The notes beneath the pieces are model-generated. The model searched no databases. It was not told the DNA's origin and saw only the letters and a program-made list of their open reading frames with translations. Shown here in pieces: positions 31,901 to 40,530 of a stretch of DNA of 64,000 bases. Source of the DNA: Candidatus Krumholzibacteriia bacterium (GTDB lineage: Bacteria; Krumholzibacteriota; Krumholzibacteriia; Krumholzibacteriales; Krumholzibacteriaceae); assembly GCA_963836185.1 (NCBI GenBank), contig CAWIIQ010000003.1, positions 504,782-568,781 on the forward strand, given 5' to 3'. The stretch's first letter is position 1; each line of letters begins with the position of its first letter. The position numbers and the translations under genes were made by a program.

Positions 31901-32062
31901 AGAGGCCCGGATGAGATACAACAGGTATTCAAAGGGTACCGTGATCATATATGCAGCGAAACTCTCGTCGAGAACCTCCTCGAGGGGGAGCAGGACTGGG
32001 ATAACAAAACGTCCTTCGAACTCGACGGTTTCGAGATAGATCTATGGGTCAGGCTGGCTTGA
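28916..32062 (+). CDS. ileS: Isoleucine--tRNA ligase, type 2 (archaeal/eukaryote-like)
   Basis: EGPPTANG, GWDTHGLPVE, WTTTPWT, KMSKS; IleRS2 C-terminus EGMARDLVNRIQNFRK; no C-terminal zinc finger. Confidence 0.97.
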   Translation: MAESREDAKRYAAIPPQREALEAEAEVLGYWEENDIFKRSMDERPEENSFVFFEGPPTANGRPGVHHAMARTIKDLVCRYRTMKGERVLRKAGWDTHGLPVEIEVEKLLGLDGKDQIEEYGVDKFNKQCYKSVFKYLDEWHEFTRKLGYWLDLDNPYVTCTNEYIESVWWILKQFWNQDMLYEGHKIIPYCARCGTSLSSHEVSQGYKDVADPSIFIKLKLTDEDAYFLVWTTTPWTLISNVALAVGPEYDYARVSHNGDTLILAEELLSVLDGEYEILGKVKGHELVGKTYEPCFPWFKDEEGGFRVIAAEFVTLSDGTGIVHTAPAFGEDDYTAGMEEGLPFIQPVDAEGKFTPEVTKWAGKFIKDADPEIIEDLRERGILYRAETHEHSYPFCWRCDSPLIYYARRSWYIRTTAFKDLMIEENKKVHWYPPEVGENRFARWLEGNVDWALSRERYWGTPLNIWTCDSCEEKYCIGDLTELKSISEQFPEDYDLHKPFIDDLDVGCPECGGKMTRVPEVIDCWFDSGAMPFAQHHYPMENMDGFKQKYPAEFISEGVDQSRGWFYSLLAIGAFLTKQSPYKRCLPHGMILDREGQKMSKSKGNAVFASDVLSTDGADSLRWYLMISGAPYLPKRFDLEAMRDNANKFLGTLRNLYSFFAMYAEIDGFEPSGEVKSDNTIDRWILSRFNSTVHDVTAALDEYEMTRAARAIQTFVIDELSNWYLRRCRRRFWKNEMSGDKLAAYETFYTVLEGVTRLAAPFVPFLTEAVWQRLRGEAGRTGSVHLEPYPVADNSLIDEELEKNMAGVLKTVTTGRAVRNKAAIKVRTPLARMLVHGKYHDVTGWTKDEELSGLVLDELNVKAIEIIEDTGELIRMSVKPEYSVLGKRFGKNMKAAAAVLESLGAESVVELVEKGSVSVEIDGKNEDVSLEEVRVESETAEGFESENEGDLTIILDTKLTDELRREGMARDLVNRIQNFRKESGFEVSDRILLAWRGPDEIQQVFKGYRDHICSETLVENLLEGEQDWDNKTSFELDGFEIDLWVRLA

Positions 32063-32089
32063 TGGGCTTTTAACAGGAGCGTACTCGAG

Positions 32090-32845
32090 ATGCCGGCGAA
32101 AAAAGCAAAGAGCAAGGCAAAGACAAAGAAGAAGGCAAAGGCTAAGACGAAGGCCGCTGCGAAGAAGAAGCCTAAGACCAGGGCTAAGGTAAAGGCCAAG
32201 ACCAGGCCTAAAGCCGGAGCGAAGGCAAAATCAAAAAAAGTGGCGAAAAAGCCAAAGACGAAAGCGAAGGCCAAAGTGAAAACTACAACGAAAAAGACAA
32301 CAAAGGCCAAAGCCAAGCCGAAGGCAAAACCGAAGCCGAAAGCCAAGGCCAAACCGAAAGCTAAGCCGAAGCCGAAAGCCAAGGCCAAACCGAAGGCCAA
32401 GCCGAAGCCAAAAGCCAAGGCAGAGCCGAAGCCATCTCCGCCTCCCAAGATAAAGGGCAAGAAGCTCACGAAGAGTGAGCTCGAGGCCGCGAGAGCGAGG
32501 ATACTTGCCGAACGCCAGCGTATAATCATGGAGCTTGGAAGGATCGAGGAGGCTATCAGCGACGCCACCAAGGAAAAGGAAGGCTCGAACCAGTCGTACT
32601 CGAACCATCTTGCCGATGTGGGCACAGATTACATGGAGCAGGAGAAGAACTTCTACTACGCGAGCCAGGAGGGCCACTATCTCAGAGCGCTCGATGAGGC
32701 GCTCGAGAGGATAGAGCGAGGCACCTACGGTATCTGCGAGATGTGCACGCTCAGGATAGGGCACATGAGGCTGGATGCAGTTCCCTCAGCGAGGCAGTGC
32801 ATCAAGTGCAAGAGTGAATCGGAGAAAGGCAACAGGGGGCGCTGA
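32090..32845 (+). CDS. DksA/TraR C4 zinc-finger protein with histone-H1-like N-terminal extension
   Basis: ~120 aa K/A/P-rich segment; NHLADVGTD tip; YGICEMC..RLDAVP.ARQCIKC. Confidence 0.9.
   Translation: MPAKKAKSKAKTKKKAKAKTKAAAKKKPKTRAKVKAKTRPKAGAKAKSKKVAKKPKTKAKAKVKTTTKKTTKAKAKPKAKPKPKAKAKPKAKPKPKAKAKPKAKPKPKAKAEPKPSPPPKIKGKKLTKSELEAARARILAERQRIIMELGRIEEAISDATKEKEGSNQSYSNHLADVGTDYMEQEKNFYYASQEGHYLRALDEALERIERGTYGICEMCTLRIGHMRLDAVPSARQCIKCKSESEKGNRGR
32305..32430 (+). repeat. 36-bp tandem repeat encoding AKAKPKAKPKPK
   Basis: agccaagg recurs at 32341, 32377 and 32413. Confidence 0.8.
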
Positions 32846-33340
32846 GTGCTCTTCTTTGCCGTAGCCGCTATCGTAGTCATCCTGGATCAGGCCTCGAAGA
32901 GACTGATCTGGGCCGCGTTTCAGGACACTGGAGGCAGGGATCTGATCGACGGTGTCCTCCGCATCCGTCTCAGTACCAATACCGGCGCTGTCATGGGTAT
33001 TCTCTCGAATTCAAGGCCTCTCCTGATCACCGTGACGATCATCTCGATAATCGCCCTGATTTATTTTGCCTACCGGATGCGGTACGCGCCCTTCTTCAAG
33101 CGTGTCTGCCTCGGGCTGGTCCTCGGTGGAGCATTCGGGAACCTCATAGACAGGATCGCCACCGGAAAAGTCGTCGATTTTATCGACATGGGTATCGGCT
33201 CGGTCCGCTGGCCGACCTATAACGTCGCCGATATAGCAGTAACCGTCGGTGCAGTGATCCTGATCGCGGGCTTCGCCTTCCAGAAGGACATGACCCCGGA
33301 TCCCGGATCTGAGATTGACTCCGGAGATCCTCTCTCCTGA
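32846..33340 (+). CDS. lspA: Lipoprotein signal peptidase II
   Basis: DQASK, NTGA, GGAFGNLIDR, VVDFI, YNVAD. Confidence 0.96.
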   Translation: MLFFAVAAIVVILDQASKRLIWAAFQDTGGRDLIDGVLRIRLSTNTGAVMGILSNSRPLLITVTIISIIALIYFAYRMRYAPFFKRVCLGLVLGGAFGNLIDRIATGKVVDFIDMGIGSVRWPTYNVADIAVTVGAVILIAGFAFQKDMTPDPGSEIDSGDPLS

Positions 33341-33419
33341 TAACTGTATTCCACTCTCCGCCTCGTTGTATTATACTGGTCCACCTGTACCTCATTATTT
33401 ATTTACCGGCATGGGGAAG

Positions 33420-34397
33420 ATGAACGAAAGAAAGGTCTATACCTTCATAGTCGACGAGGAGGAATCGGGCGAGCGGCTCGACTCATGGCTGGCCGGGCAT
33501 ATCCCCGAACTTTCCCGGTCGAGGATTCAGAAGGCCCTCAAGGATGGCGAGGTCCTCATAGGCGGCCTTCCCGTCAGCAAGCCGTCCAGAAAGGTGCGCG
33601 GCGGGGAGAGCGTCGAGCTGCGCTTCAGTCCGCCGAAACCGGTGGAGCTGGTCCCCGAGGATATTCCCCTCGATATCATATACGAGGATGAGGGCCTGCT
33701 CGTGGTGAACAAGGCAGCGGGGATGGTCGTGCACCCTGCTCCCGGAAACGAGACGGGCACGATGGTAAACGCGCTGCTCGCTCATTGCGGCGATCTCTCG
33801 GGAATAGGCGGATATCTCCGGCCCGGTATCGTCCACAGGCTCGACGCGCAGACTACGGGCCTCCTCGTGGTCGCCAAGAGCGATGAGGTCCACATAGCCC
33901 TGAGCCGACAGCTGATGGAAAGGGCCGTCACCCGTATCTACAGGGCAATCGTATGGGGAACGATGCCTGAAGATCAGGGGGAGATAGATGCCCCGATAGG
34001 CCGCAGCAAGTCCGATCGCAAGAAAATGGCCGTCGTGCGGACCGGAGGCAGGGACGCGGTGACGTATTACTCAGTTGTAGACACATTTCCGCCGCTGCAG
34101 TATATTAGATTGAAGCTGGGGACGGGCAGGACCCACCAGATAAGGGTCCACCTGAACCATATCGGGCACCCCGTTCTCGGCGACCCCGAATACGGGGGAA
34201 GGAAATTCAGAAAGGGGAACCTCCCGAAAGAAGAGGTCGACCGCGGCGCGAAGGCTCTCAGCCTGATCGAGCGGCAGGCACTCCATGCGGGGGAGTTGTC
34301 GTTTTTTCATCCCCTGCTCGAGAAGGAGATGACCTTCGAAGCGTCCCTTCCCGAAGATTTTCAGGTCGTCCTTGAGACATGCACGGGGGGCCGATGA
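33420..34397 (+). CDS. rluD: RluA/RluD-family pseudouridine synthase with S4 domain
   Basis: RLDSWL..SRSRIQ, GIVHRLD, TGRTHQIRVH, QALHA. Confidence 0.93.
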   Translation: MNERKVYTFIVDEEESGERLDSWLAGHIPELSRSRIQKALKDGEVLIGGLPVSKPSRKVRGGESVELRFSPPKPVELVPEDIPLDIIYEDEGLLVVNKAAGMVVHPAPGNETGTMVNALLAHCGDLSGIGGYLRPGIVHRLDAQTTGLLVVAKSDEVHIALSRQLMERAVTRIYRAIVWGTMPEDQGEIDAPIGRSKSDRKKMAVVRTGGRDAVTYYSVVDTFPPLQYIRLKLGTGRTHQIRVHLNHIGHPVLGDPEYGGRKFRKGNLPKEEVDRGAKALSLIERQALHAGELSFFHPLLEKEMTFEASLPEDFQVVLETCTGGR

Positions 34398-34735
34398 AAT
34401 ACAAGGTCAGGGAAGAGGGGAACGTTACGGTCATAGACCTGTCGGGGAAACTGATGGGTGGAGATGACGCCGATGTCTTCAGGGACCTCGTATACGAGTT
34501 GCTGGAGAACGGCAGGAAGAAGATCATCGTAAATCTCGCCAGCCTGAAATGGATCAACAGTTCCGGCGTCGGGATCCTGATCACGGGGTACACGACGCTG
34601 AGGAAGAACAAGGGAGATCTGAAGCTTCTCAATGTTTCGAAGAAGATCGAGAGCATCCTCTACGTAACGAAGCTGAACCTGATCTTCGAGTGTTTCGATG
34701 ACGAGCATGAAGCGATAAGAAGCTATACCAGATAA
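34394..34735 (+). CDS. STAS anti-sigma-factor antagonist (RsbV/SpoIIAA-like)
   Basis: WINSSGVG; ATGA overlap with rluD. Confidence 0.9.
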   Translation: MKYKVREEGNVTVIDLSGKLMGGDDADVFRDLVYELLENGRKKIIVNLASLKWINSSGVGILITGYTTLRKNKGDLKLLNVSKKIESILYVTKLNLIFECFDDEHEAIRSYTR

Positions 34736-34772
34736 CGCAAGGGCGGCAGGAGCAGGAGGGAGATCGAGGCTG

Positions 34773-35216
34773 ATGGCCGAAGAGACTTTTGTCCTGGAAT
34801 TCCCCAGCAGCTACAAATGGCTGAACATGCTCGATCTCATGTGCACCGAGATCACGGCCGGCATGGACTTCAGCCCGGACGCGCTGAACGAGATATCGAT
34901 CTCCGTCATCGAGGCCTGCACGAATGCCCTCGAACATGGCAACAAATGCTGTCCCGACTGCGACGTGAAAGCGGTTTTCAGACGAAAAGCTGACAGGCTG
35001 GTCATCGAAGTCACTGATTGCGGCCAGGGCTTCGATTTTACCGATTACCTGTTGCATATACCCGATCCTTCGGACATTCACAAAAAGCGCGGCAGGGGGA
35101 TATTTATCATGAAAGCGATGATGGATTCCCTGTCGTACGAGAAGGTCGAGAAGGGCGGGATGAAGGTCATTCTCGAGAAGATGATCGATGGAGGCGGGGA
35201 GGAGGACGACGACTAG
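34773..35216 (+). CDS. RsbW/SpoIIAB-like anti-sigma Ser kinase
   Basis: EACTNALEHG, DCGQGFD, RGRGIFIM. Confidence 0.9.
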   Translation: MAEETFVLEFPSSYKWLNMLDLMCTEITAGMDFSPDALNEISISVIEACTNALEHGNKCCPDCDVKAVFRRKADRLVIEVTDCGQGFDFTDYLLHIPDPSDIHKKRGRGIFIMKAMMDSLSYEKVEKGGMKVILEKMIDGGGEEDDD

Positions 35217-35337
35217 GTCGTCGTGATCCGCTTGCCGCCTTCCAGGAACAGGAACCAACCCTCCCGGACAGGCGTAATAAAGAACAAGCGGATGAACCGG
35301 CGGTTAAATACCCCTGTGGACCTGTCGGAGCGATAGA

Positions 35338-37599
35338 ATGGCTACCTCGACACTACTGGCCTCCTTCTACTTCATATGTGGAGCGGCGATCATCTTCCTC
35401 GCCGTCCTGATAATGCGTTTCTCATCGAGGGACGTATCGACGTGGTCCACGGCCCTCGTCATGCTCTTTGCCGGTATCGGGCCTATCCTCGGCGCTATAG
35501 GCGTCATCATCCTGAGAAACCTTCCCGAGGGCACATATCTCTTCGAAAATGTCATTGAGAGCTTTGACTATACCTGGGAGTTCTTCTTTCCCGCGCTGCT
35601 GCTGATGGCCTTCGTCTACCCGAAACGCTATCCGATCTGGAAGTATCTGCGAAGATTCGCGTTCATCCTCTTTCTGCCCCATGTGTTCCATCTTCTGATG
35701 GTCCTTTTCCTGGTCAACAGGGTCAACCCGGCGAGAATCTTCAACTGGGTCGCTGATATCCCGGTGCCTTCCAGCGCGCTCGCGACATATACGAACACCC
35801 TCTCGAAATCGCTCAATGTCTTCTCCGAGCTGCTGTTCAAGGCGCACAACCAGATGTTCTCGCTGGTCAACGTGATGTATGCCGTTCTGGCCCTGATACT
35901 GCTCGCTGTATCGATGCGCAGGGACCTAACTCCGAGAATGAAACGGCAGACACAGATCATGCTCGCCGGCCTCGGGATAGCGATAATGACCTATTCGTTC
36001 GCCCGCGTCGTTCCGTATTTTATGACGATGGACATCGACAGGGCCGTCGCATCGGCCCTGGTAAATGCTTCGCTGATCATCAGCGGTGGCTCGATAGCGT
36101 ATGTGATCCTCAAATACCAGCTTCTCGATGTGCGGCTTATCGCGAGAAAGGGCCTCTTCTACGCCGTGACGGCAGCGGTGTTCGCCCTCTTCTACCTGAT
36201 AATCATCAAGCAGTTCACCAGGTTCATCCTGACATATACGGGGACCGAGCTCGAGTTCGTCGAGACACTTCTGATCGTCCTGTTCATCATCGCCTTCCAG
36301 CCTGTGCTGATGCGCCTGGAGGAGTGGACCGAGAAGGCCCTGATGAGGGGGCAGAGTCCCAGGGTGAAGCTGCAGAACCTCAGCAACGAGCTTCTGACCG
36401 CCGTGGACGCCGAGTCGATGAAGGAAAGGATGAAAAAGGTCCTTTCTGAAGTCTTTCAGACCGACGATGTCGAGTTGATATTCCGCGACGAGATCCTCGA
36501 TCTGAAGGACGAGGATATATACGCCGAGAAGGTCCTCGAGCTCCTCGAGCAGGTCGCGGAGCCTGTCAGCCGTCTCGACTACATGGAGGCGCTCGGCTTC
36601 ATGCGTGTAAGGAAGGGAATGTTCCGCCCCGGCAGAAAGCTGATCCGTGAAGCGGTAGATACCCTTCCCGGCATCGTCAGGGAGATGGCGGGTCACGAGC
36701 TTATAGTGCCCGTAGTACATAACGGCGAGTGCGTCGCCGTGATCCTCCTGGGCGATAAACGCGACGGCGGCAGGTACAGCATGCAGAATCAGGCGATGAT
36801 GTCGATGCTCTCCAACCAGGTCGCTTCGTCTCTTTCGAGGATGGAACTCCTTGAAGAGCTCGTCGAGAAGAAGGTCATGGAGGAGGAGCTCAATATTGCC
36901 AGGACGATTCAGATCAACCTTCTTCCCTCCGCACCGCCCGAGCTCGATAATTACGAGGCGTCGGCGCTGAGCGTCTCAAGCAAGCAGGTCGGCGGAGACT
37001 ACTACGATTTCATCAAAAACGGCCGTTATTTTGCCTTTACTGTAGCCGATGTGTCGGGCAAGGGCGTTCCCGCATCGCTGCTGATGGCCTCGCTTCAGGC
37101 TAGCCTGAGGGCGATGAAGGACAGGATGACCGATCCTGTCGCCATCATAGGGCGTCTCAACGACGTGATGTGCGAGATCACCTCTTCCGACAAGTTCGCG
37201 ACGATGTTCTACGGATGCATCGATCTCGAACGCAACGAGGTCGCATACTCGAACGCTGGGCACTTCTTTCCGGTGGTCGTCAGGGAAGGCGGGATCGTAG
37301 ATGTGCTTGATTACAGCGGACTTATCCTCGGTGTAAAACCAGGGTTCCCCTACGAGACGCACAAGACTAAATTCAAGCTGGACGACATGATCGTCGTTAC
37401 GACCGACGGCGTCACCGAGGCCGAAAACCGTGCCGGTGAGCTATACGGAGAGGAACGCCTCCACCCATTCCTCGCCGGCATGCACGGGAGCAGCGCCGAC
37501 GAGGTCAGGGACGCGATCGTCAAGGAAGTGGACAGATTTTCCCACCCGGTCGGTGCGAACGACGACCTCACAATCCTTGTAGTCAAGAGGACCGAATAA
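35338..37599 (+). CDS. Membrane-bound PP2C (SpoIIE/RsbU) phosphatase with GAF-like domain
   Basis: Multi-TM N-terminus; VGGDYYD, ADVSGKG, TDGVTE, DDLT. Confidence 0.92.
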   Translation: MATSTLLASFYFICGAAIIFLAVLIMRFSSRDVSTWSTALVMLFAGIGPILGAIGVIILRNLPEGTYLFENVIESFDYTWEFFFPALLLMAFVYPKRYPIWKYLRRFAFILFLPHVFHLLMVLFLVNRVNPARIFNWVADIPVPSSALATYTNTLSKSLNVFSELLFKAHNQMFSLVNVMYAVLALILLAVSMRRDLTPRMKRQTQIMLAGLGIAIMTYSFARVVPYFMTMDIDRAVASALVNASLIISGGSIAYVILKYQLLDVRLIARKGLFYAVTAAVFALFYLIIIKQFTRFILTYTGTELEFVETLLIVLFIIAFQPVLMRLEEWTEKALMRGQSPRVKLQNLSNELLTAVDAESMKERMKKVLSEVFQTDDVELIFRDEILDLKDEDIYAEKVLELLEQVAEPVSRLDYMEALGFMRVRKGMFRPGRKLIREAVDTLPGIVREMAGHELIVPVVHNGECVAVILLGDKRDGGRYSMQNQAMMSMLSNQVASSLSRMELLEELVEKKVMEEELNIARTIQINLLPSAPPELDNYEASALSVSSKQVGGDYYDFIKNGRYFAFTVADVSGKGVPASLLMASLQASLRAMKDRMTDPVAIIGRLNDVMCEITSSDKFATMFYGCIDLERNEVAYSNAGHFFPVVVREGGIVDVLDYSGLILGVKPGFPYETHKTKFKLDDMIVVTTDGVTEAENRAGELYGEERLHPFLAGMHGSSADEVRDAIVKEVDRFSHPVGANDDLTILVVKRTE

Positions 37600-37600
37600 G

Positions 37601-38041
37601 ATGTCAGGCACGGGCGATGCATCAAACGTGGAGGGCAGGATCCTCGCAATCGATCCGGGGACGAAGCGGACCGGCCTCGCCCTGAGCGACGAACTTGGGA
37701 TAACTGCCCAGGGATTAGAGACTTACGCTGGTCCGTCGAAGGCGCTGGTCGAACATGTGGGTGCCCTGGCCGGTGAATATGGTATAATGACCGTTGTGAT
37801 AGGTCTTCCTCTCTCGATGAGCGGAGAGGAACTGGAGAACGCGAAATACTCGAGGGAACTGGGCGCTGCTATCGAAAAGCAATACGGGATCGAAGTAGTT
37901 CTCAGGGATGAGCGGATGACGAGCCTGGAGGTCGAACGGGTCATGAAGCAGGAGGGCAGGATAAAGAACGCCGGTGATATCGACCGGCTGTCGGCAGTCC
38001 TGCTCCTGTCATCTTATCTCGAGGAAAGGGGGGCGCGGTGA
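37601..38041 (+). CDS. ruvX: RuvX/YqgF pre-16S rRNA nuclease
   Basis: LAIDPGTKRTGLA, GLP, DERMTS, IDRLSA. Confidence 0.92.
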   Translation: MSGTGDASNVEGRILAIDPGTKRTGLALSDELGITAQGLETYAGPSKALVEHVGALAGEYGIMTVVIGLPLSMSGEELENAKYSRELGAAIEKQYGIEVVLRDERMTSLEVERVMKQEGRIKNAGDIDRLSAVLLLSSYLEERGAR

Positions 38042-39168
38042 AGATCGTTAGGCATATCTCGGTCACCATAGCTATGATCGCCACGGTTCTCTTTCTCGCC
38101 GGCCTTCACTTCAGCGTCCTCTACTACAAGGACGGCGGCGACCTCGACGCTCCGAGGATAGAGGTAAAGGTCGCACCGGGGATGACCTTCAGCCAGGTCC
38201 AGGCCGATCTTGTGGAGAAGGGGATCGTGACCAACCCCGAACTATTCCGATGGGCTGCCTATCTCACTAGACGCGAGGATGACATCCAGACGGGGCGGTA
38301 CCTATTCAGGTACGGCGAGAGTGTTTCGTGCCTTCTGCGCAAGCTCTCCCACGGCGAGGTCGAATATACCCGCGTCGCCGTTCCCGAGGGCCTGTATATG
38401 ACCGAAATCGCCTCTCTTCTCCAGAAGAAGGAGGTGGTCGATTCGGCCGCATTTATGGAGACGGCGACTGATTCACAGTTCGTTACCAGCCTCGGGATAG
38501 TGGAGCCGTCACTCGAGGGATACCTTTTCCCCGACACCTATCTTTTCAGATGGCCTATCGGTTCAGAAGAGGTCGCGAGACGTATGGTCTACCGTTTCCG
38601 CGAGATATACGATATGAACGTCGCTCAGGACGCCGATTCGATCGGCATGCACATGTCGCATGTGGTCAGTCTCGCGTCGATTGTCCAGGCCGAGGCGGTC
38701 TACGACTCGGAGATGCCGAGGATATCGGCCGTATATCACAACAGGCTCAAGGCAGGGATGCGGCTCGAAGCTGACCCGACGGTGGCCTACGCGCTCGGCG
38801 GCGTCCGCAGAAGGCTGTGGCTGAAGGATCTCAGGGTCAAGTCACCTTACAATACATACAGGAACAAGGGCCTGCCGCCCGGCGCCATCTGCAATCCCGG
38901 GCAGGCTGCTCTAGAGGCGGCCGTCAACCCGCTCACCGGAAGTAACGAGTATTACTTCGTCGCCGACGGTACGGGGAGGCATCATTTCACCAGGACATAT
39001 AACGAGCACTTGCAGGCGAAGCACAGGATCAAGTACGGCCCCGTGCCGGCCGAGATCAGGAGCAGCCCAGGCCCCGCCGTAACGGACGCCCCGGGACCCG
39101 AAGCGGCAGACTCGCCTGATGACTCGTCCGAACAGAAATCACCGCCCGAAGATGAGGACGAGGGATAG
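38038..39168 (+). CDS. mltG: Endolytic transglycosylase
   Basis: LEGYLFPDTY, ASIVQAE, LEADPT, SPYNTY..GLPPGAI. Confidence 0.95.
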   Translation: MKIVRHISVTIAMIATVLFLAGLHFSVLYYKDGGDLDAPRIEVKVAPGMTFSQVQADLVEKGIVTNPELFRWAAYLTRREDDIQTGRYLFRYGESVSCLLRKLSHGEVEYTRVAVPEGLYMTEIASLLQKKEVVDSAAFMETATDSQFVTSLGIVEPSLEGYLFPDTYLFRWPIGSEEVARRMVYRFREIYDMNVAQDADSIGMHMSHVVSLASIVQAEAVYDSEMPRISAVYHNRLKAGMRLEADPTVAYALGGVRRRLWLKDLRVKSPYNTYRNKGLPPGAICNPGQAALEAAVNPLTGSNEYYFVADGTGRHHFTRTYNEHLQAKHRIKYGPVPAEIRSSPGPAVTDAPGPEAADSPDDSSEQKSPPEDEDEG

Positions 39169-39180
39169 GGAGGATCCGGA

Positions 39181-40002
39181 GTGGCGGCAGTCAAACTCGA
39201 ACGACTCAAGGAAATGATAGGTGAATGTGGAAGGGCGGTCGTCGCCTTCTCAGGCGGCGTCGACTCGACCTTTCTTCTCAGCGTCGCGCACGAGGTGCTC
39301 GGCGATGATGTGCTCGCTGTGACCGTCGTCTCGTCATTCATGCCCTTGCACGAGAAGAAGGAAGCACACGAGATCGCTCATCTGATCGGAGCGAGTCACA
39401 GGATCGTCGAGATCGACGAGAACGACATTGAAGGGTTCACTGACAATCCGCCAGACAGGTGCTACATCTGCAAGAAGTTCCTCTTCTCGCAGGTACTCGC
39501 GATCGCTGAAGCCGAGGGCATCGCGTGCGTCATGGACGCGAGCAATGCTGACGACACCGGCGACTACCGTCCAGGCTTGAGGGCTCTGAAGGAGCTCGAG
39601 ATCAACAGCCCGCTGATGGAAGCGGGCCTGACAAAGGAAGAGATCAGGGGGCTTTCCAGGAATCGGGATCTTCCCAGCTGGGGCAAGCCGGCTATGGCAT
39701 GCCTCGCGACACGCGTTCCCTACGGCGAGAAGATAACGAAAGAGAAGCTGCGCCAGATAGACGAGGCGGAGGAGTTCCTGCGATCCCTCGGGTACGGCAA
39801 CTGCCGCGTCCGCCATTACGGCGACCTGGCGAGGATCGAGGTCTCCCCGAAACGGCTCGAGCGGCTGATGAAGCCGGACCAGAGAAGGCAGATCACGGAA
39901 CATCTCCGCGGGCTCGGGTTTAAATACATCACCGTCGATATGCAGGGGTATCGGATGGGCAGCCTCAACGAGGCCATCCGCGATGACAAAGACAAAGGAT
40001 GA
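39181..40002 (+). CDS. larE: LarE-family ATP-dependent sulfur transferase
   Basis: AFSGGVDS, RCYICK, DYRPG, ACLATR, GYRMGSLN. Confidence 0.9.
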   Translation: MAAVKLERLKEMIGECGRAVVAFSGGVDSTFLLSVAHEVLGDDVLAVTVVSSFMPLHEKKEAHEIAHLIGASHRIVEIDENDIEGFTDNPPDRCYICKKFLFSQVLAIAEAEGIACVMDASNADDTGDYRPGLRALKELEINSPLMEAGLTKEEIRGLSRNRDLPSWGKPAMACLATRVPYGEKITKEKLRQIDEAEEFLRSLGYGNCRVRHYGDLARIEVSPKRLERLMKPDQRRQITEHLRGLGFKYITVDMQGYRMGSLNEAIRDDKDKG

Positions 40003-40106
40003 CGCATCTTCGGGATCAGGATAACGAATCACTTGACTTGACGGGTTTTACCGATATTATTTCCAGTTACCGGGCAGGAATCCCGGTCTGACTGAAAGGT
40101 TTCGGA

Positions 40107-40262
40107 ATGGAAAAGGTAAGAAAATACAGGAAATGGATCCTCGGGGCGGGGCTCGTGTCGATAGTGATCGGCTACATCCTGCTCGGCCAGGGCTCCATAT
40201 CCGCAGCGCCGGCCCTACTGGTTCTCGGGTACTGCATCCTCGTACCCGTCGCGCTTATATAG
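40107..40262 (+). CDS. Small two-TM protein (DUF3098-like), below the ORF-track cutoff
   Basis: MEKVRKYRKWILGAGLVSIVIGYILLGQGSISAAPALLVLGYCILVPVALI*; GAAAGG RBS. Confidence 0.75.
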   Translation: MEKVRKYRKWILGAGLVSIVIGYILLGQGSISAAPALLVLGYCILVPVALI

Positions 40263-40275
40263 GCACACCTTTTGT

Positions 40276-40352
40276 GGGCGATTAGCTCAGTTGGTTAGAG
40301 CACCTGCTTTACACGCAGGGGGTCACTGGTTCGAGTCCAGTATTGCCCACCA
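40276..40352 (+). tRNA. tRNA-Val(TAC)
   Basis: GGGCGAT/ATTGCCC acceptor stem, TAGCTCAG D-arm, CTGC-TTTACAC-GCAG anticodon arm, GTTCGAG T-loop, encoded CCA. Confidence 0.97.
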
Positions 40353-40377
40353 TTTTACTTCAAATACATCAAAGGGA
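40308..40377 (+). repeat. att site copy 1 (tRNA 3' half plus 25 bp)
   Basis: Identical to 46952-47021. Confidence 0.95.
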
Positions 40378-40530
40378 TAGGGGATTATGCCATTCGAGCC
40401 GGTGGCGTAGCGCGAGGTTTTCCAAGGCAAGCGCACGGTGCGACCTCAGCGCCGAGATGAAGGTGCGTAGGGTTAGAAATATCATATAATTTATATAATG
40501 GTTGAATCTAGGTAAGTGCAAGTATTGTGG

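Noticed and set aside
28793-31948. Long antisense ORFs (e.g. 28793-30088, 30929-31948; also 18941-19942, 53672-54775)
   Set aside because: Shadows of GC-rich real genes on the opposite strand, with no motifs
31945-32625. Hydrophobic F/A/L/G-rich membrane-protein-like ORF on the minus strand
   Set aside because: Reverse complement of the Lys/Ala/Pro repeats of the DksA-like gene
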